Below, piece after piece: positions 37,301 to 42,150 of a DNA stretch of 42,150 bases. Location of the stretch: assembly GCF_001194135.2 (NCBI RefSeq), contig NC_068983.1:70960824-71002973 (forward strand), given 5' to 3'. The translations under genes were made by a program, and so were the position numbers. The stretch is from Octopus bimaculoides (lineage: Eukaryota). The notes below the pieces were generated by a model that was given only the letters and a program-made list of their open reading frames with translations, was not told the origin of the DNA and searched no databases. Positions within the stretch are counted from its first letter, which is position 1, and each line of letters starts with the position of its first letter.

Positions 37301-39406
37301 TGTCGTGCGTGCTATGACTGATTCTAACTTGTAGCGTTTACTGTTGCTTTCAATAGAATGTAGTGTCAGAAATAATGGAGAATGGGGAGAGTGTAACATG
37401 CTCAAACATTTCTATTGCATTTCATGTAATTCATCAATGTACGCAGTAGAGTGGAAACATGGCTTAACTGAAAAAACAATGGCCCTATGGTTTACCCTCA
37501 TCGTTTTAGACCGAACATTTGTATGATATAGAAATACTTGATCAGGGCTGTACTGTACCTACAGAAACAAACAACAGTGAATTACTTGACTCTTAAATTC
37601 TATAATTTCTATTAACATTTATTTTTAAGTCTTTCACAGTAACCTACACAGCATTTTCTTTTGAGTATACGTATAACCATCGGTAAAATAACAATTATAT
37701 TTACTTTTCTGACGCGATTACCTGTACTTACACCAGGAAATATTTACATTTTCTGCAAAATAAATGAAGCATCTCACATTACTATAAAAAGTGACATGTT
37801 ACCATTCAAAGGTTAATGTGATGGAGATACTAGAGACTAAAAAATGAAAAGAAATTGACAAATATATTAGCACAAAGAGAAAACTAGAGAGAGAGAAAGA
37901 GAGAAAATTAGTGGGTTGATATAAAAAGAAAGAAATATCAGGCTAACTGATGACTATTTTCAATAAATTAGCATGTGGTACAGTACATATTTCTACACGT
38001 TCTCTAGTGCAGTCCTGAAATATTATGACAAACACACTGGGAAAATATCAAACATGTTATACTTTAAAAAGTTTTTTGTATTTTAATTTTCTGAATTAAA
38101 AAGAAATTATTGGCGAAGTTGTTGATTACGCAATTTCTAATCTTCATTAAAGTTCTTCTTGCAACATTAATTATACCTTCCTTCATATAGTCAACTCTAC
38201 GTCTCGTTACTTTTTCCCCATTTTCCTTCATATTATTTATCAATCTCAGCTTTACTTTGCCTGGTTTCATCTTAATTTCACCATTTCTTTTACACTCTAC
38301 TGATTGTAAATACATTACCAATAATTTCTACTGAATTAAACTTACACCTGCTGTCTCTGCTCAAATGGAAAATGAGATAAATCAGTACGCAATGTACAAT
38401 TTACACAAAATGAAAGAACAAAGTAAACAACAAAGTGCAGTATAAACATACTGGGAATATAAAATGAGTATTTCAGGAAAATTACTTCTTAAAGATTGTT
38501 TAATGCATACATTTAAAATTGAAAGGTTATGTTTCATTTAGCTTCTTTCTACACATCAAATCAAATTTTAAAGCATAATGCATTAAAAAGGATAGGGTAA
38601 ATATAACGCAAAAAACCACGGTTGTTTTTCAATGCGATCATATTCAAATGTTTAAATGTTCTCATACCCTTGTTTGTTCTAACATTCTCTAAGCGTTAGT
38701 TTGCTATATAGTAAATAATAATTTCCGACATGAATACAAGGCCAGAAATTTGAGAAGGGAAAGTGGAAGAGTCTATTATGTCGAGCTCATACTTCACTAT
38801 TACGTTATCAACTGAAATCGAAAGAGGAAAAGCAAAGCTTAACTGAAATGGGATTTGAGCGCAGAATGTTAAGAGCTGAAATTCATAGCGCAAAGACATT
38901 TTGTCGCTAGTAAAAATGATTCTGCTGATGCAGAGACCGCAAACTTGTAAGTAATTATGTTTCGTTAGATTTTTTTCCCCATAATTTTCGAGTCAGGGAT
39001 AAGAAAAGATAAGCTTTCCCTGGGTCAAATATTGAGATAAATTTCGATTCTTGAGTAAAGCTCTGCTAATGCCCTTCTAGATGTTGCTAATGTCACACAA
39101 TTCAGTGCCTTTTTCATACAAGGACTATCTTGGCAAATTAATATATCAATGTTCTTTGATTGTACAGTGGCCCCTATAGAATGCATGAAATATTAAACAT
39201 TGTCTTAATTTCATTTCAATCTACCAACGTCATTAACGTTATTGAGAGCGTCGGGACCATCACACAGTTCTATTTCAATGCACACGCGCACACACACACT
39301 TATGTGTGTGTGTGTGTTTGTGTTTGTGTGTGTATGTGTGTATTGATATGGAACTGAGTGATAGCACCCGACACACACACGTGTATGTATGTCACTGTAT
39401 GTGTGG

Positions 39407-39440
<34 letters not shown>

Positions 39441-40983
39441 AATTTTATCGCAAGGTAAAAAGTCAAATTTCCTTCGAAAGCTATCGTAATTTTAACTAAT
39501 TACCATATACATCATTTTATTTACTATCCCTTTGGCAACATGTTTGATACCAAAACGTCTCGTGTAATAAATGGAGCTATTTATGCCTGTGATGAAACCC
39601 TCTGAGACTCCTTTATTCTTTATTGAGCATATTATTACTATCAAAGTATTTTATCACACCTTTTTTCTTTTATCTCGATTTTATCTTATCCCTGATGCAT
39701 GTGTTAAATTTTCAAAGGTTGTTTCATATGTTGTGGTTCTCGATGTAATTAAATCATTTATTTAATTTCCACAAACCTGATATGAATATTGTCCATTGAA
39801 ACTTTCACAAATACGATAAATACGAGAGAGACCTCATAATCTCTAATGATCTCTTATGACGATATCATATTCTCCAACTCCATCCTAAAGAATAAGTTTG
39901 CTGCGCAGCTCCCCACCCCCAATATTTTAGTGCTTATCAGATGCTTACTATGTATAAAGCTTGATTAAGGCACATAGTGGGGTACTGGTCACAGATCTGC
40001 GAATATGTTACCATTAGAAATACGTATTTCCTGGTTATCTTCCAAAGATAGCCATTTAATAAATTGGCAATTATACACTCACCAGCGTACAGTAGCAACA
40101 ATATAACAGGTGCAAAATTTGATAAAACTAACTGATTCTGTTCTAATATTTTCTGTTTAGTGATGCTCAACAAACGTTAACAATTTTATTCGTCAATGCC
40201 CTAATTAATCAAACCCCTGATACCAATCCGTATGAAGAAAAGCACATTTAGTTTCCAGAATCAGGGGTCCTCTTTTAATAATACATTTTATGTTCACTGT
40301 TCTAACCAACAATTTCTCACTGCGTATCCTTTTACCGAAACTTGTGCATAGGTTACCTTACCGCTATCAGTTAACCTAACAGAAATTATAAATGACTAGC
40401 TTATAATTTCCAGGCGAATATAGAAATCGATGGGCAGTGATGATGATGNNNNNNNNNNNNNNNNNNNNNNNNNNNNNNNNNNNNNNNNNNNNNNNNNNNN
40501 NNNNNNNNNNNNNNNNNNNNNNNNNNNNNNNNNNNNNNNNNNNNNNNNNNNNNNNNNNNNNNNNNNNNNNNNNNNNNNNNNNNNNNNNNNNNNNNNNNNN
40601 NNNNNNNNNNNNNNNNNNNNNNNNNNNNNNNNNNNNNNNNNNNNNNNNNNNNNNNNNNNNNNNNNNNNNNNNNNNNNNNNNNNNNNNNNNNNNNNNNNNN
40701 NNNNNNNNNNNNNNNNNNNNTATATATATATATATATATATATATATGCATGTATGTATGTACATATGTATTTATAGAGAGCGAGAGCGAAAGACAGTGA
40801 AAGAGAAAAATATTTAGAATGCTGGCTTTGAAGATAGAATAAAATAATGGGAGAGAGAAAGAAAGAGAATTGCTCAATATTTCAATCTGTAGAATATCTT
40901 AACAATAACTGTTCCTTAAAGAAAAGAAACTTTATGAGTGTTATTCGTCAAATAACCATATATGTAACATTGGTTTCAAATGT

Positions 40984-41148
40984 TGGCACAAGGCCTGCAA
41001 TTTCGGTGGTGAAGGTAAGTCGATTATATCGACCCCAGTTCTCAACTGGTACTTATTTCCTCGATCCGTAAGGATGGAATTGAATTCTTTAGATGGTAAA
41101 GACTTACGAAATGATGTCTGGAGCGCTAACCACCCTGCCAGCTCACCG
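40984..41148 (-). mobile_element. SINE family B, internally deleted
   Basis: ggcacaaggcctgcaatttcgg...gtcgattatatcgaccccagttctcaactggtactt (3' part) and cgctaaccaccctgccagctcaccg (head), both in reverse orientation. Confidence 0.75.
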
Positions 41149-42084
41149 ATTTAACCATATATTCATACCCTTTCTAGATGCCTAAGCGTTACAAATGAAG
41201 TGAAAGAACTTCAAGTGGGAATCGTAATCTTGATTCAAGCAGTCGTTCCTACACGATGACAGCTTTACTCTACGATGTTCATCATGAGTAGTTTCTCTCA
41301 TAAAACAAAATGTGTATGAGAAAATTAAATACTAGAAGGAACAAGTGCTCTCTTACGCCTGATACTGAAGTTTTAACGGAACCAGTCCAAATTAAATTCG
41401 GGTAATTTTTAGGATCGAATCAAATTACATCGGAAGAGTGGACATTAATTGATATGATTACATTAGAATCTTATTTACTGAACACTTTTGCCTTCAAGCT
41501 TTCATTGTGCAATGCCTGAATATTTATCTTGTATATCTTTGTTGATAAAGACTGTATTTTGGAAAATTGCTCTCTAAAGATATCAGGGATAAAGAAGTAG
41601 ATAAACAAATAATAACAATGCTAAAATACATTTCCCTGAAACCAAGCTTTTATTTCTTATTTTAACATGGTTCACGTATCGATTATTTGTTCGTGTCTTT
41701 ATCTATGAACGGCAATTCGAAATGTTCCGACATAGAAGACCATGTAACTTCACTTGCTTAGAACTTTAGATGGGTGAGATGAAAGTTTGAAACCAATAAT
41801 TTACATTTGTTGTTCGCTAAATGATATTGTCTGCTGTTATAAAAACATAACATCACATTGCGATAGCGGGTATGTAAATATGTGTTCCATAGAAATTGCT
41901 GGATTAAAAAAAAAATTACCTCCTATACGTATATTTTCGTTATATAAAAGTACAATCAGAGTAGCATTTCTCGAAACCTGTCATATTCTTAGCTACAATT
42001 ATTTATCATTTCGAAAGTGCACAAAAGACTTACAAACACGCATACACACACACTCACACGCACAAACTCACACGTACTCTAACC

Positions 42085-42086
<2 letters not shown>

Positions 42087-42150
<64 letters not shown>
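42087..42150. repeat. (CA)n microsatellite running off the window end
   Basis: Direct sequence. Confidence 0.95.

Noticed and set aside
38889-38946. Plus-strand exon ending at the gtaagt donor at 38947
   Set aside because: Poor acceptor, and no recognisable peptide in any frame.
168-41071. Most ORFs in the supplied track (poly-L/I/N/Y, HT/VC/YI repeats, X runs)
   Set aside because: They are translations of microsatellites or N gaps, often from non-ATG starts. They carry no coding signal.
1-42150. CRISPR array or prokaryotic defence-type system
   Set aside because: No regularly spaced repeat-spacer structure and no operon-like ORFs. The sequence is eukaryotic repeat-rich DNA.

Overview
AT-rich, microsatellite-dense eukaryotic draft genomic DNA with six N gaps. 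By inference it is from a cephalopod, most likely Octopus, based on the SINE families and the 5S-type sequence. I cannot support any host protein-coding gene. Almost all ORFs in the track are translated microsatellites or N runs, and the rest are pieces of decayed transposons. The window holds: five relics of restriction-like-endonuclease (RLE) non-LTR retrotransposons (four R4/Dong-like on the minus strand, three of them sitting in TAA/ATT microsatellites, plus a second family on the plus strand); a DD37D (maT-type) Tc1/mariner transposase pseudogene; two MITEs; about ten SINE copies from two families; and one 5S rRNA copy. The best candidate for something new is at 25860-26231. There a full-length 5S copy is fused through a 12-nt linker to a SINE, has no internal Pol III terminator, and the whole unit is flanked by a 17-bp direct repeat (16/17 identical). 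That fits a 5S-headed composite retroposon (SINE3-like) or a 5S-SINE chimera. Three separate element junctions also carry short, locally templated copies of nearby DNA. All family assignments come from motif recognition by eye; no database search was run.
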